Below are positions 1 through 12,754 of a stretch of 64,000 nucleotides of DNA, piece after piece. The notes beneath the pieces were generated by a model. It ran no database searches. It had not been told where the DNA came from and worked only from the letters and a program-made list of their open reading frames with translations. The translations under genes and the position numbers were made by a program. Source of the stretch: Chara braunii (Eukaryota; Plantae; Charophyceae). Position 1 is the first letter of the stretch. Each line of letters begins with the position of its first letter. Where the stretch lies: contig BFEA01000016.1 of NCBI GenBank assembly GCA_003427395.1, positions 4,723,242 through 4,787,241 on the forward strand, given 5' to 3'.

Positions 1-835
1 CCCCTCTGCTCCGGGGCATGGCCGACGCAGGTCCACTTGTTACATTTTAAGGCCATCGCTCACTCTCCCTTCTAGACTGCTGGCCGGAAACAGTCCGAAT
101 GCCCAATGATGTGATAGGACCACGTAGCTTCAGTGATGGAAGGATGGGAGGTCCCATAAAAGAAAAGCTCCTGGGACAACTTGGACGGATGGCTGGCCAG
201 AATTGTGACCTGGATTTGGATCTCCTACCGATCCATGTGTTTGTCGGCAGTCTCTTCAACATTCCTGACGGAGCTGTCTTCTTCCGTTGTGTAACAACAG
301 AAGACACGTGTGTTGGTTGACGTGTGGACTGTGTTGATGAAGACCCAGGTCGGGATGTGTCATGGAGGGGCTCGTTTGAAAGATCGATACTTTCGGTTTC
401 GCACTCCTCCCCAGAGGCTTGAGCATCAAAATGCACCATCTTCGAAGATTAGATGGATAGATTGATAATTGATCTATGTAACTATACATCTGTTAGAGAT
501 ACAGATTAGCTATAGCTTAGACATATCTCTTAGGGAGAGGTCTATAAAGAGAGGTCTCTAATCGATTTACCATAGAGCAAGAGATCAAGAAGAGAGGAAA
601 TGAGATCGAAATGAGATGAGATGAGATGATGATTAAGATTTAGATTTAGATGATAATATTAAGTATTATTAACATTAGACTAGATTGTATTAAATAAGAA
701 TTAGACTGGATTAGATTCGAATAGAGTAAATAAGATTAAGATTAGATATAAGAGATTGATCGATAGATAGATAGATCAATAGCTAGGTCGGTAGATAGAT
801 GGATAGGTGAAAAAGCATCACGAAGACAATCCAGT

Positions 836-960
836 GAGGTGGGACAAAGAAAACGGATGAGCGCGAGGGGAGGATGCAGAGGGGGAGGGAGGGTTAGGGA
901 GGTGGGACAAAGAAAACGATGGGCGAGAGGGGAAGATGCAGAGGGGGAGGGAGGGTTAGG
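836..960 (+). repeat. Two ~62-bp tandem copies
   Basis: GAGGTGGGACAAAGAAAACG...GGAGGGTTAGG occurs twice in tandem. Confidence 0.8.
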
Positions 961-3633
961 GACATGTGATCGACTGTTTATGGAACTCTCCAAGCTCATT
1001 CTCAAAATCGAGCTTCGGACATTCTGCAGCAACACCAACTCCCCTAGTGATGCTTTCGGCCATAATTTTCCTTGAAAGAAGAGCAGGTACCACTCCCACA
1101 AATAGTGACTCCAGCTGTATGCTAGCAATCAACTTCCACAAAAAGACCGCAGAAGCTTCATGCATATTTTCCTCTTCTTTGATTCTTCCAGCTTGTTCGC
1201 GATGCTGTTACTCCCAATTTCTCCACAAATGCGCTCAAAGTGGATTGTCGGGCGTGATTTACATATGGTAGGGGGAGAAGGTAGGTAGACAGGGTTGGAG
1301 GAATGGGTAGGGGCTAGGTGGGTAGGTGGGTAGGTGGGTAGGTGGGTAGGCGGTGTAGGTGGGTAGGCGAGTAGGAGGGTTCATTGGTATCAATTACACC
1401 AGGGTAGATGGAAAGCTCAAGATAGATGGATACAGAATGATACAGATGCACAGACAGCTAGATCAAGATAAATGCAAATAGATAGATATCGATACATACG
1501 TTGAGATAGATCGATGGACGAATGGGATGGTCGATAGGTACAGCCGTGCAAATAATTGATTGGGTAATAATTCATTGGGTGCGTGAGCGAGTGATCGAGG
1601 AGTGAGCAGGCAGGTGGTCGAGCAAGCGACCAAGTAGGTGCGGAGCAACCAGGCAGCGTAAGCAAGTGTGTAAGTGAGAGTTAGTGAGCGAGTGACTGAC
1701 GGAAAGAGTTTGAGAGAGAGCGAGAGTGATTGGCTCTAAGAGAGTGAAAAGAATAAGACAGAATCAATGAGTGAGTCAGTGAACGACAGACTGAGAAAAG
1801 GGAGGAACGAAGATTGAGTGGGAGTAAATGCGAGAGTGAGAGAGAGAATCAGCGAGCGAGAGTAAATGAGCGAGGGAAGGAGAGAGAAAGTGGCGAACGG
1901 AGGTGGATGAAGGGGCATTTAATACGTCAGCATACGGGGCAGAAAAAAACGGACATACATTTCGCTAATTGCCAAGAAGCCACGGGGAGAGGGGAAGGAA
2001 ATGCCGGCATATACCCCTTTCTCATGATGCTTAGCTTGCCGCCATTCGCAAAAAGAGAGACAGAACCCCCAAATTCTAGGTAGCCAGAAAGAAAAACACC
2101 CGAAACAAGCTGGCGACGGTCCTCCTTGTAGTAGAAAGATGAAAAGCATCAAGGTAAATGCAATCAGACTCGCTTTCATTCACACTTTACATGCATGCAA
2201 ACGGTAGCGCAGCAAACTGGCGACATGCGCCCACTCAAAACTCAGAGATATGACAACCAAGAACGCAACTCAGACACGAGTTCACTTCATCTGGCTATGG
2301 CGACATAGGTCCTCGTTGCCTTCCATGCCTTAAAGGACGAAGCAGCCAGCTTCGCCAGGTCTCTCGCACGTGCCGCAGATTGCGAGCACAATATGCTTGC
2401 ATAAAGGAGCGAGGAGGAATGCAGTGGGCGTCCCTTCCACCTGCAGAAGGGTGTTGCTAATTTCAAAAACATAAGGGAAAACAAATGCCCAAGGAAAGAA
2501 CTTCTTCACCTGTGCCTTGGCGACTCTTACAACCCCTTTCCTGCTCACCATTCATATTGTGAGAAACAACCTCGTGCCACGTCACCACCTCCGTCGTATC
2601 CTGGCTAGCCGCCTGCATGTAGCCAGCATATCCTCACTTGTTCTCCTCGACCATCAAAACTTCGTGACTTACACGATCACTGTTTTCCCCAGTGTGTTGG
2701 CGTTGTGAGAGAATGCTCACTCACTCAGAATACAACCTTTTATAGACTGGATCTGGCTGAATTTGTTATGGTATAGGTGCGGGAATGGCCCCCAAAGAGA
2801 GGCAGCTGGACAGCTTAACAGCTTAACAGCTTAACAACTTAACAGACAAGAAAGAAAGGCATCTTTGCATATATGCAAACATTCACATATATAGCTGTGT
2901 ATACCCGCTCATTTGACTCAATGGGCACACGCTTTTCCGATCGGCATGCGCGCTCCTGTTCAGAGCCAGGGGATATCTCTGCTCCTGTCGGAGCTGGTCA
3001 TGCACGCTGCACACTTCTCGCTATACATTTCAAACCGGTGACCCTGTGATGGGCGGACAAAGAGGAGGAAAACATGCGATGATATCCCTCTAGAAAACGC
3101 TCCATTGATATCCCTCAGCGTTTTGCAGGTAAGTTGTACCTCCTCCTCTCGAGCGTCCGGCCATTACTTGATTTCTTCAAAAACACTGTGGGCGAGGGAG
3201 AAAGCAGCGTGGCTTCAAGAAACTCTTCACCAAGACGGGGAGGGAGGAGAGAAAGGAGGAAGAGAAGGGGAGCCGTAGAACAGGCGAAGTCTACAGATCA
3301 AACCCGTAGAGTGGATTTGTTGCGAGACTGTCCGCCTCTGCAGCGGAAAGACGAGGAGAGAAGAGAAGAGGAAAAGGAACTAAACAACAAGAGACGAGAG
3401 GAGAAGAACGACACGGGCAAGGAAAGAACCAGACGAAAAAAAGAGGGACGAAAAGACAACCATGATGAGTACGAGACAAAGAACCAAAGAGGACAACGAG
3501 GTTGGCGCAGGGGGCAATGGGAGGAGAAAGCCGATGCATGGCAATCATCAACGAGGTTGACCCAGTGAAAAAGACAGGCAGGCTGAAAAGGGTGGGTAGA
3601 AGTAGGAGAAATGGAAGGAAAATACTGAACGAA

Positions 3634-3814
3634 ACCCAAGAGCCTAGCTCAGTGGGTACACCCATGAACTGTTGAAATACAGACCAGGTGCTGTGTTCGA
3701 ATCCAGATGATGGAACTTGACGAGTAAAACCAACTACTAATGAATTGCTTGGGACCGGTCAGCTCAATGATAATATCTCAAGGCCGTCGCCCTTTATTAA
3801 AAAAAAAAAAAAAA
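3634..3814 (+). mobile_element. tRNA-derived SINE with poly(A) tail and target-site duplication
   Basis: A box TAGCTCAGTGGGTA, B box GTTCGAATCC, A-tail 3799-3814, TSD ACTGAACGAA at 3624-3633 and 3814-3823. Homologous to 53911-54085. Confidence 0.85.
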
Positions 3815-4207
3815 CTGAACGAAGGGTGGGTAGAAGTAGGAGAAATGGAAGGGAAATACTGAACGAAGGGCGCGCTAGGGAGGACCAAAGAAAACGAAGG
3901 AAAGGAAGAGCAACAGGAGGACGGCAAGGGCGTGGCTGAAGCACAAGAGAGGAGAGAACAAGGAAGGGAGAACCTCGGACAACTATGAATGAATGGCACT
4001 ACACGCATGTGACTGTTGATGAACAGATCGTGAGTTCGAATCCTGACCACATATAAAATGTGGCTGAGGACAAGGGGCTTCAGGAATGGAGAAAGTAACA
4101 CGAGGAAACAGAAAACGTCAAGAAAACCGAAGACAAGAACAGAAAGTAGAAAAAAGAGAGCAGAGGGAAGAAGAGAACAAGAGGAACAAGAAGTGAAGTG
4201 AAACTTA

Positions 4208-4280
4208 TCCGCACCGATCCAAGGATCGAACACGTGACCTCCACGTCAAGAGGCAAACACTCAACCAAATGGCTAAGTGG
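4208..4280 (-). other. Degenerate tRNA-like sequence (SINE head or tRNA pseudogene)
   Basis: Minus strand reads TAGCCATTTGGTTGAGTG...GGTCACGTGTTCGATCC, with A and B boxes at tRNA spacing. No clean cloverleaf. Confidence 0.45.
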
Positions 4281-4787
4281 ACTGCGGTGAAAGTTAAGCC
4301 CCAAGATGAGTACTTAACCCCACCCCAGCACGGGTACTCGTTTTTCCCCGCGACCCGGTGTACCCAGTCACACACGCGCACCCAACCAGGGTGTGTAGAC
4401 GTAGCCACCATACAGTGTACGACCTCAATTCACAAGAACAAGAACAAGAAGGAAAAGAGAGCAAAGAAAACCAACAAGAAGAAACCAAGTCCACGTGGGA
4501 AAAAAGCCGACGACACAAGTCGTTTACTTATAATTATGTACATTGAGCACGTCTGTTGCGCAGAAAAGTCGTTTACCATGCATATCTCGAGCATCTCATC
4601 CTTCATTATTTCGATTGAACGAGAACCTGTACAGAAAAAGAACCTCCTATATACCACCCACCCACTCACGGACACGTCTAGAAGACAGGAGGGAAGAAGA
4701 GGCAAAGGGAGGGTGAGACATGTTGCCAACCTTCCTTCCACTGTGGACATACACTGCTGCTCCGGTCGACCGCGAGGGAACAACAAA

Positions 4788-5588
4788 TTAGGGAGAAGGG
4801 ACAATAAGTCCTCTGCAGAGGTAAGTTCCGCAAAGGAACCAACCTAGTAATGCAGCAGAGAATCCCACCCAGGCCACCAGAAACATCCAACGGCCGAAAT
4901 ACAAGCCGATCGCCATGAGGACAAACCACGGCAGCAAGGTCTTCAAAACCGCTCCAGCATTAACCCACCGACCCTTAAACACGACAAGAAACACCAAATC
5001 CACGATGTTCCATCGCACAGAGCCTCGATATGCCATTCGGTTGAGACACGTGGCGACAAATGAATGACAATTGCAAGTAAAGAGATTGTACATGCGATCC
5101 TGAAACTCCAGCACGCCGTCCTGGATGGCCTCGTTCCAGGGCAACCCACCCGTTCTCACGGAGACAAGATCGGGGTCGAGTCGGACATAGCGCGCCGTCC
5201 TACCGAAGGCGAACCTATCTTTGCTGACGAAGTAAGGCCCGGCGAAATCTAAAATGACACCGTTCGATTCGCAAATCCCTAAATGACCAATGAAAGGGAT
5301 AAACCACGCAATGATCGGTAAAGGGGTCCAGACGATGCAGTAAGGAAAACGGGCATTGCGAGGGTCGATGGAAGAGGAACGAGACGAAGAAACTGACGAA
5401 ACAGAGACAGAAGGAGGACGGTGAGGAGGAGGAGGAGGCATTGCAACAGCTGAAGACAGGGATAACAACCGGGGCGATAGCGCTTCTCCTCCCGCACTCA
5501 CTCCAATGCCAGGTCGCCTATCATCCATTCCCGACTCAATTCTTGCTGACTCTGCACCAGCTTCCGCATCTCTCGTGGTCATTCCCAT
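4788..5588 (-). CDS. RTE1: RTE1/RTH-like (REVERSION-TO-ETHYLENE SENSITIVITY1 homolog; DUF778/TMEM222 family) membrane protein, single exon
   Basis: Intact ORF with family motifs IDPRNARFPYCIVWTPLP, FIGHLGIC, GVILDFAG, FAFGRTARY and YNLFTCNCHSFVA, plus C-terminal hydrophobic helices. First ATG at 5588 (the ORF track start at 5591 is GTG); TAA at 4788-4790. RTE1 versus RTH orthology is not resolved. Confidence 0.92.
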   Translation of the reverse strand: MGMTTRDAEAGAESARIESGMDDRRPGIGVSAGGEALSPRLLSLSSAVAMPPPPPHRPPSVSVSSVSSSRSSSIDPRNARFPYCIVWTPLPIIAWFIPFIGHLGICESNGVILDFAGPYFVSKDRFAFGRTARYVRLDPDLVSVRTGGLPWNEAIQDGVLEFQDRMYNLFTCNCHSFVATCLNRMAYRGSVRWNIVDLVFLVVFKGRWVNAGAVLKTLLPWFVLMAIGLYFGRWMFLVAWVGFSAALLGWFLCGTYLCRGLIVPSP

Positions 5589-5821
5589 CACCCAAAACTC
5601 CCTCGTCTTCTCTTGCTATTTATTTAATAACATAACCCGCCCACCTCACCCCACCGTACATACAAACACAGATGCACGTCCTTTGCCGCTTCCTTCCTAT
5701 ATCTTACTCCGTGTTCGCGTTTCAGCAACGTTGCCCGCAGTTTATCACTCTCGATATAGCACGTCCACACTACGCTTCAGGGTCTCATTCCCTTCTTATC
5801 TGCGTTATGGCTCTCAACTTC

Positions 5822-5832
5822 TCCATCCATCC

Positions 5833-5880
<48 letters not shown>

Positions 5881-5890
5881 GTTTATCTCT
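5822..5890 (+). repeat. (TCCA)n/(TCTA)n microsatellite upstream of RTE1
   Basis: Seen directly. Confidence 0.9.
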
Positions 5891-6639
5891 CTGTAACCCT
5901 ACCTATTTGTCTATACCGCTACCTGCCAACACATTTCCCTCCTCCATATAGTACTGATCGATTGATCGATCGGGACCCAACATCCACATCAGACGGCTGA
6001 TGATGATAACGATACTTATGCCGGCGACAACGACGCCGACGACTTCTTGTTTGTACGCTTGCTCATTTGTGCCAACAAGCGACAGACCCATCGATCGATT
6101 AAATGAACAATCAGGAAGAAAATGTCGATTGGTTCATCATCAACAGGTCCATCAAGCAATTAAATAAAGCCAACAGGAGACTGCCTGCCTTCTTTCGCCC
6201 CCAACTTTTTCTCTAGCGGCACAACTACTTCACTCTGCTGAACCTCGACTTCTTCACACCTTATGCAGCAGGACTTCTTGTAATAATGTATTAAATGAAG
6301 TAATCAGGCATCCAATCTGCTTGGCAGTTGCCATTCGCCGGGGGAAGTCATCTGAAAAAAATAGTGTTCTTATGTAAGAGCCGTAATGCTGGGCGTGCTA
6401 TTGGAGCCAATGTCCTGCAAGGCAAAAGCCAATGAAGAAACCGGCAGCATGTGTCAGAATCACTTCCTCGACAGTGTGGCAAACTCTACAGCCTCCCGTC
6501 CTTCATCCACCTGATGCCCTCCGTTCCTCCGGCGTCTCTCCCCCCCCCTCCCTCCACCACCCTCCTCTCGACCTCCCTTCCAAGCTCCAGGTCAAATTAC
6601 TACCCGGCCTCCGTGCCCCCACATCTATACCCCCTCCCC

Positions 6640-6925
6640 CTCTGCACCCATCATACTCTTCAACTGTGGCAACCCTCCACGCCTTCCACACTCTTCTCTC
6701 ACTGGACGTATCTTCCGCTTCCACTGTGCCCACCCTGCTCCTAAACTGACCCAACCTTCCTCCCCCACTGCACCGACCCCCACCTCTGCACCCATCCCTA
6801 CTCCTCAACTGTGGCAACCCTTCACCCCTTCCCACCTTCCTCTCTCAGTGGACCGACCCTCCTCCAGTGTGCCCACCCTGCTCGTAAACTGACCAAACCC
6901 TCCTTCCCCACTGCACCCACCCCCC
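6640..6925 (+). repeat. Two diverged ~144-bp pyrimidine-rich tandem units
   Basis: CTCTGCACCCATC...CAACTGTGGCAACCCT...GTGCCCACCCTGCTC..AAACTGACC is repeated. Confidence 0.75.
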
Positions 6926-7067
6926 TCCATGTTCTTCACGCTCTTCCTCCTACTCTCTCTCTCTCTGTGTTTGAACCGATCCCCCTCCCCCACTGTCCCC
7001 ACCCTCCTGCCAAGCTGCACCGTCTCTCCTTCCCCACTCCACCGATGCTCCGTCTTCCTCATTCTCT

Positions 7068-7127
<60 letters not shown>

Positions 7128-7420
7128 GTGCCCGAGCACACACCTTGCTTTTCCCTCCGTTTGAATTCGTTCGATACTCTTATTTTGCTCTCCCTCCTCG
7201 TCACGCACCCGGCTCTCAATTAATTGGGCTGGTGTTCATCCCCCCCCCGCCTCCGTGGCTTCATTCTCCACACTCTTCCTCCTCTTCCTCCTCTTCGTGC
7301 TCTTCTGCTTCATTCCCCACACTCTTCTTCCTCTTCGCGCTCTTCTTCCTCCTCATGCTCTTCCAATCGAGGTTCTCCTCCTCTTCCTCATAATCTTCGT
7401 TCTAACTCATTCCCTTGCTC

Positions 7421-7490
<70 letters not shown>

Positions 7491-7527
7491 CCCGCCTGAC
7501 CTCTTCCCTCCCTCCTTACTCCACCCA

Positions 7528-7642
7528 ACCTTACGCCAATCTCACAGTCCGCCTGATCTCCTCGCCCCCCACAGCACCTCCCTCCCTTACGCCAATCTCA
7601 CAGTCCGCCTGATCTCCTCGCCCCCCACAGCACCTCCCTCCC
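7528..7642 (+). repeat. Near-perfect ~57-bp tandem duplication
   Basis: CCTTACGCCAATCTCACAGTCCGCCTGATCTCCTCGCCCCCCACAGCACCTCCCTCCC twice. Confidence 0.85.
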
Positions 7643-8152
7643 ATTGCATGCTCAACGACACCGACCTAGCCTACTCCCTCCATCCCTCAGTAGACCCGAC
7701 CTCCTGCTTCCCTCGGTCCTGCTTCCTTTCTTTCTTAACGCCAGACATAAGACGTGCATTTCGTCATTTTTCTTTCTGTGGTCTACAAAAACGCTGCATT
7801 TCATATCAAGATCTCAATAAGGGTGCATGGGTGTAAGAAAGGGAGAGAGGGAGAGAGAGACGGACACACATGTCACCTAACACTCTTCCTCCTCCACATC
7901 CTCCTGAAGCTTTTTTATCCCCTTCACGCTCTTCCTTCCCCGCACCTTCTCCTTTGTCCGTCTCGTCCACCACCCAAAGTTCGCCTCCCTCCTCCTCAAG
8001 TTCTTTTTGCTCAACATTCTCCTTTCGCTGTCGAGGGGCGGCATTAAGATTAATCATCAAATTGACCTGCAACAGGTATTTCCAGCCATCGACATTTTTT
8101 CCACAGTTCACGCTCTTCCTCCCTGTTCCCTACGCCCACCACAGCACGTCAG

Positions 8153-8225
<73 letters not shown>

Positions 8226-9169
8226 TTCTTTTGCGCGCGCGTGCACTCGAGCGTGAGCGTGAACGTGTGCGTGCAGTCGCCTTTTTTCAGATCGCCAAAC
8301 GAAATCTGGTGTTTACGTAACTTGGGAAAAAAAGAGCAACAAAATGCACTCTCTAGATCATGCACAGAGCAGGGAGGGACGGAGGGCGGGACGGAGGGGG
8401 GAGAACCGAGAGATAGGAGGGAGGGAGGTCGCGAAGGGGGAGGAAGGACNNNNNNNNNNNNNNNNNNNNNNNNNNNNNNNNNNNNNNNNNNNNNNNNNNN
8501 NNNNNNNNNNNNNNNNNNNNNNNNNNNNNNNNNNNNNNNNNNNNNNNNNNNNNNNNNNNNNNNNNNNNNNNNNNNNNNNNNNNNNNNNNNNNNNNNNNNN
8601 NNNNNNNNNNNNNNNNNNNNNNNNNNNNNNNNNNNNNNNNNNNNNNNNNNNNNNNNNNNNNNNNNNNNNNNNNNNNNNNNNNNNNNNNNNNNNNNNNNNN
8701 NNNNNNNNNNNNNNNNNNNNNNNNNNNNNNNNNNNNNNNNNNNNNNNNNNNNNNNNNNNNNNNNNNNNNNNNNNNNNNNNNNNNNNNNNNNNNNNNNNNN
8801 NNNNNNNNNNNNNNNNNNNNNNNNNNNNNNNNNNNNNNNNNNNNNNNNNNNNNNNNNNNNNNNNNNNNNNNNNNNNNNNNNNNNNNNNNNNNNNNNNNNN
8901 NNNNNNNNNNNNNNNNNNNNNNNNNNNNNNNNNNNNNNNNNNNNNNNNNNNNNNNNNNNNNNNNNNNNNNNNNNNNNNNNNNNNNNNNNNNNNNNNNNNN
9001 NNNNNNNNNNNNNNNNNNNNNNNNNNNNNNNNNNNNNNNNNNNNNNNNNNNNNNNNNNNNNNNNNNNNNNNNNNNNNNNNNNNNNNNNNNNNNNNNNNNN
9101 NNNNNNNNNNNNNNNNNNNNNNNNNNNNNNNNNNNNNNNNNNNNNNNNNNNNNNNNNNNNNNNNNNNNN

Positions 9170-9229
<60 letters not shown>

Positions 9230-9567
9230 ACTAGCGCGCGCAAGCGTGTGACCGTGTGCTTGTGCGCGCTCACTTTTCTTCAGATCGACAAATGTATCTG
9301 GTGTTCACATAACTTGGGAAAAGAAAGAACAGCAAAATGCACTGTCTAGATCGGGCATTAAGAAGAGAGGAAGGAGGCAGGAAGGGAGGGTGGGGGGCAG
9401 GGGGAAGAACCAAGGGATAGAGGTAGAGAGGAAGGGTGGGAAGAGGGAGGAAGGACAGAGGCCCGAGCCCTAGGGAGGAAGTAGCGGGGCCGATGGAGAA
9501 GCGCCGAGGCATGAATGGAGGGAAGGAGGATAGGCCGAAAAGGAGGGAAGTGGTGGTGCCTCTGTTG

Positions 9568-9655
<88 letters not shown>

Positions 9656-9741
9656 GACTTCTCCGTCCGTCTCAACTTCTCCCATTAAGCCCCCCACCCC
9701 TCTTTCATTCCTTTCTTAGATTCAATTCGCCAAAAAAAACG

Positions 9742-9824
<83 letters not shown>

Positions 9825-10399
9825 TGTGCACGCGCGCGCAGATCGAAAAACGAAATGCAGCGTTACGTCCATTGGTCAAAAAAGAAAGATGAAATGCACC
9901 CGCTACGTTGGGCGCCAAGAAGGGAAACAGGAGGGAGGGAGGGCGGAGCGCTAAGGAAAGACGGAGGGAGGACCGAGCGAGAAGGGAGGGAGGGAGGGTG
10001 GGTCGAAGGGGAAAGGCCAACGGAGGAAGGAGGGACGGAGACGTGAGGGCCGAGGGAAGGAAGACAGGAGAGAGAAGTAAGGACTGAGGGAGGAGTAGCC
10101 AAGGAGGGAAGGCCGACGGAGAAGGCAGGGAGGAGGTCAAGCGGAGGTCGCAAGGGAGGGCGGAGAAGAGGGTAGGAGGCGGAGATCAGGCAGAGATCGG
10201 GAGGACGGAAGAAGGAGAGAGGTCGCGTCGAAGGAGGTAAGAGAAATGGAGACTCACTTCAGTCAGCCATGTGGCAAAGCCCCCATCAGACAACGATCAA
10301 CCGACAATGCGCAAGCCTTCGACGATGATTTAGCCCAGTGGACAATGCCTCAAGCACACGTTGCAGTAAGCCACGTGATGTTCACATGGCATGCAGGAC

Positions 10400-11115
10400 A
10401 ATTCACGTAGCACCGACTCAGAGAGCACGTAGCACCAACCTCACTAATCAAGTACCACCAAGCTCAGATTTACGCTGCCAGCACCTCACATAGGATGTAG
10501 CACTTCATGCAATGTGCCACGTAGGGCTTAACACTTCATGCAATGTGCCACGTAGGACGTAGCACTTCATCCAATGTGCCACGTAGGACGTAGCACTTCG
10601 CACCTGCAACGTGGGACGTAGGTCAGAGCACGAACCACGTAGAACCGAAGCACGGAGTTCACGTAGCATGCACAATTCACGACCAAGCTCACAAAGCACG
10701 TAGCACCAAGTTCATGAATCACGTCGCACCGGTAGCACAGAGAGAGAGACATGGAGAAGAACGAACCGCGTAGCAAGCATGAAGCACGTAGCACCAAAGA
10801 ATGAACCACCTAGCAAGCAGTGGCGAGCACGGCACGTTTCACCGAAGAACGAACCACGTAGCACCGGTAGCACCAAGAGAGAGAGAGAGAGATGGAGAAG
10901 AACGACCCAGCTAGCAAGCACGAAGCACGCAGCACCGATGGCACACCAACTCACGTAGCACGTAGGTCAGATCATGAAGCACATAGCACCAAAGCTTGAA
11001 GCCCAGCACGTCTCGTTTTCACACCAACTCACGTTGAACATAGGTCAGCTCACGTCGCAGCGTAGCACAAAGCACGGAAGACGAAGCAATTACCACCAAC
11101 GCAGTAGCGCCGTGT

Positions 11116-11167
<52 letters not shown>

Positions 11168-11223
11168 CGGAAGACGAAGCAAATACCACCAAAGCAGTAG
11201 CGCCGGTTCATGTAGCACGGTGT

Positions 11224-11225
<2 letters not shown>
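10400..11225 (+). repeat. CACGTAGCAC-motif minisatellite region, including ~31-bp tandem units at ~10490-10600
   Basis: GTAGCACTTCATGCAATGTGCCACGTAGGAC occurs 3-4 times, with many scattered CACGTAGCACC motifs. Confidence 0.8.
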
Positions 11226-11266
<41 letters not shown>

Positions 11267-11807
11267 AGAGAGAGACGGGTAGGGCTACGGCAGCTACCGT
11301 CTTCTCCCGAGCATACCGCACCCTGATAACCAAAATGTATGTAAGCTACCTTCCCGCTCAGGTACAGCCAAAATCGGGGTGCAATGTGTTGGGGGCAAAA
11401 AAAACGCCGCAAACACCACGGAAAAACAGACAAACTGACGCAGGCCTTAGCGCCAACGAATCCTACTGACACATTCGCGATTCTTTCTTTTTTCCTTTTC
11501 AGGAAACTTCGTCGAACGGTTGCCATTGTTTTTTATGTTCGGAGTGCCAACCTTAGCAAAAGACAAGGAGTCATGAAGGTTTTCTTGTTTGAAAAAAGAG
11601 GCCAACGAGGGCCAGCACCTCCACCCTAACCCAAAGTCCCCCACACTCCATGCAACTTTCAACATGAAATGACTTTGAAATGAATGATAAATTTAAACCA
11701 CCAGTACCTGGCCCAGCTATAGAGTCCGAGCCTATGCCGATCCGTACCTAGGCTCGGACTACCGGGCGCAGGCATCCCGAACGTCAGAGTGAAATGAACG
11801 AAAAAAA

Positions 11808-11889
<82 letters not shown>

Positions 11890-12754
11890 ACATTCGGAGG
11901 AAGATGAAATGCACCCGCTAGGTTGGGCGCCAAGAAGGGAGAAAGGAGGGAGGGACGGCAGAGGGCTAAGGAAGGAAAGAGGGAGGGAGGGCCGAAGGAG
12001 GAGGAAGGGAGGGTCGAGGGGGAAGGGCCAAGAGAGGAAGGAGGGACCGAAAAAGTGAGGGCCGAGGGAAGGAAGGCGGGAGGGAGAACGGAGGGCCGAG
12101 GAAGGAAGGACCGATCGATATTTCNNNNNNNNNNNNNNNNNNNNNNNNNNNNNNNNNNNNNNNNNNNNNNNNNNNNNNNNNNNNNNNNNNNNNNNNNNNN
12201 NNNNNNNNNNNNNNNNNNNNNNNNNNNNNNNNNNNNNNNNNNNNNNNNNNNNNNNNNNNNNNNNNNNNNNNNNNNNNNNNNNNNNNNNNNNNNNNNNNNN
12301 NNNNNNNNNNNNNNNNNNNNNNNNNNNNNNNNNNNNNNNNNNNNNNNNNNNNNNNNNNNNNNNNNNNNNNNNNNNNNNNNNNNNNNNNNNNNNNNNNNNN
12401 NNNNNNNNNNNNNNNNNNNNNNNNNNNNNNNNNNNNNNNNNNNNNNNNNNNNNNNNNNNNNNNNNNNNNNNNNNNNNNNNNNNNNNNNNNNNNNNNNNNN
12501 NNNNNNNNNNNNNNNNNNNNNNNNNNNNNNNNNNNNNNNNNNNNNNNNNNNNNNNNNNNNNNNNNNNNNNNNNNNNNNNNNNNNNNNNNNNNNNNNNNNN
12601 NNNNNNNNNNNNNNNNNNNNNNNNNNNNNNNNNNNNNNNNNNNNNNNNNNNNNNNNNNNNNNNNNNNNNNNNNNNNNNNNNNNNNNNNNNNNNNNNNNNN
12701 NNNNNNNNNNNNNNNNNNNNNNNNNNNNNNNNNNNNNNNNNNNNNNNNNNNNNN

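Larger units (their letters stand above)
7070..12120. repeat. Cluster of (CT)n/(GA)n microsatellites with a recurring ~120-bp core followed by purine-rich tracts
   Basis: Core AGATCG..AAA.G.AAT...AAATGCAC at ~8290, ~9280 and ~9840, partial at ~11900, reverse copy at ~7750-7815. Confidence 0.7.

Noticed and set aside
2287-2720. Possible minus-strand exons around a GT...TTCTGCAG intron (~2509-2441)
   Set aside because: No recognisable protein, stops in all frames, and no supporting evidence.
8007-9273. Long ORFs spanning N runs (also near 12.1-12.8, 26.3-27.3, 32.8-33.1 and 36.6-36.8 kb)
   Set aside because: Artefacts of the gaps at 8450-9169, 12125-12754, 26292-27281, 32822-33063 and 36594-36790.
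10490-10620. CRISPR-like ~31-bp repeats (also 12885-13100)
   Set aside because: Contiguous tandem units with no unique spacers, no cas genes, and a eukaryotic context.
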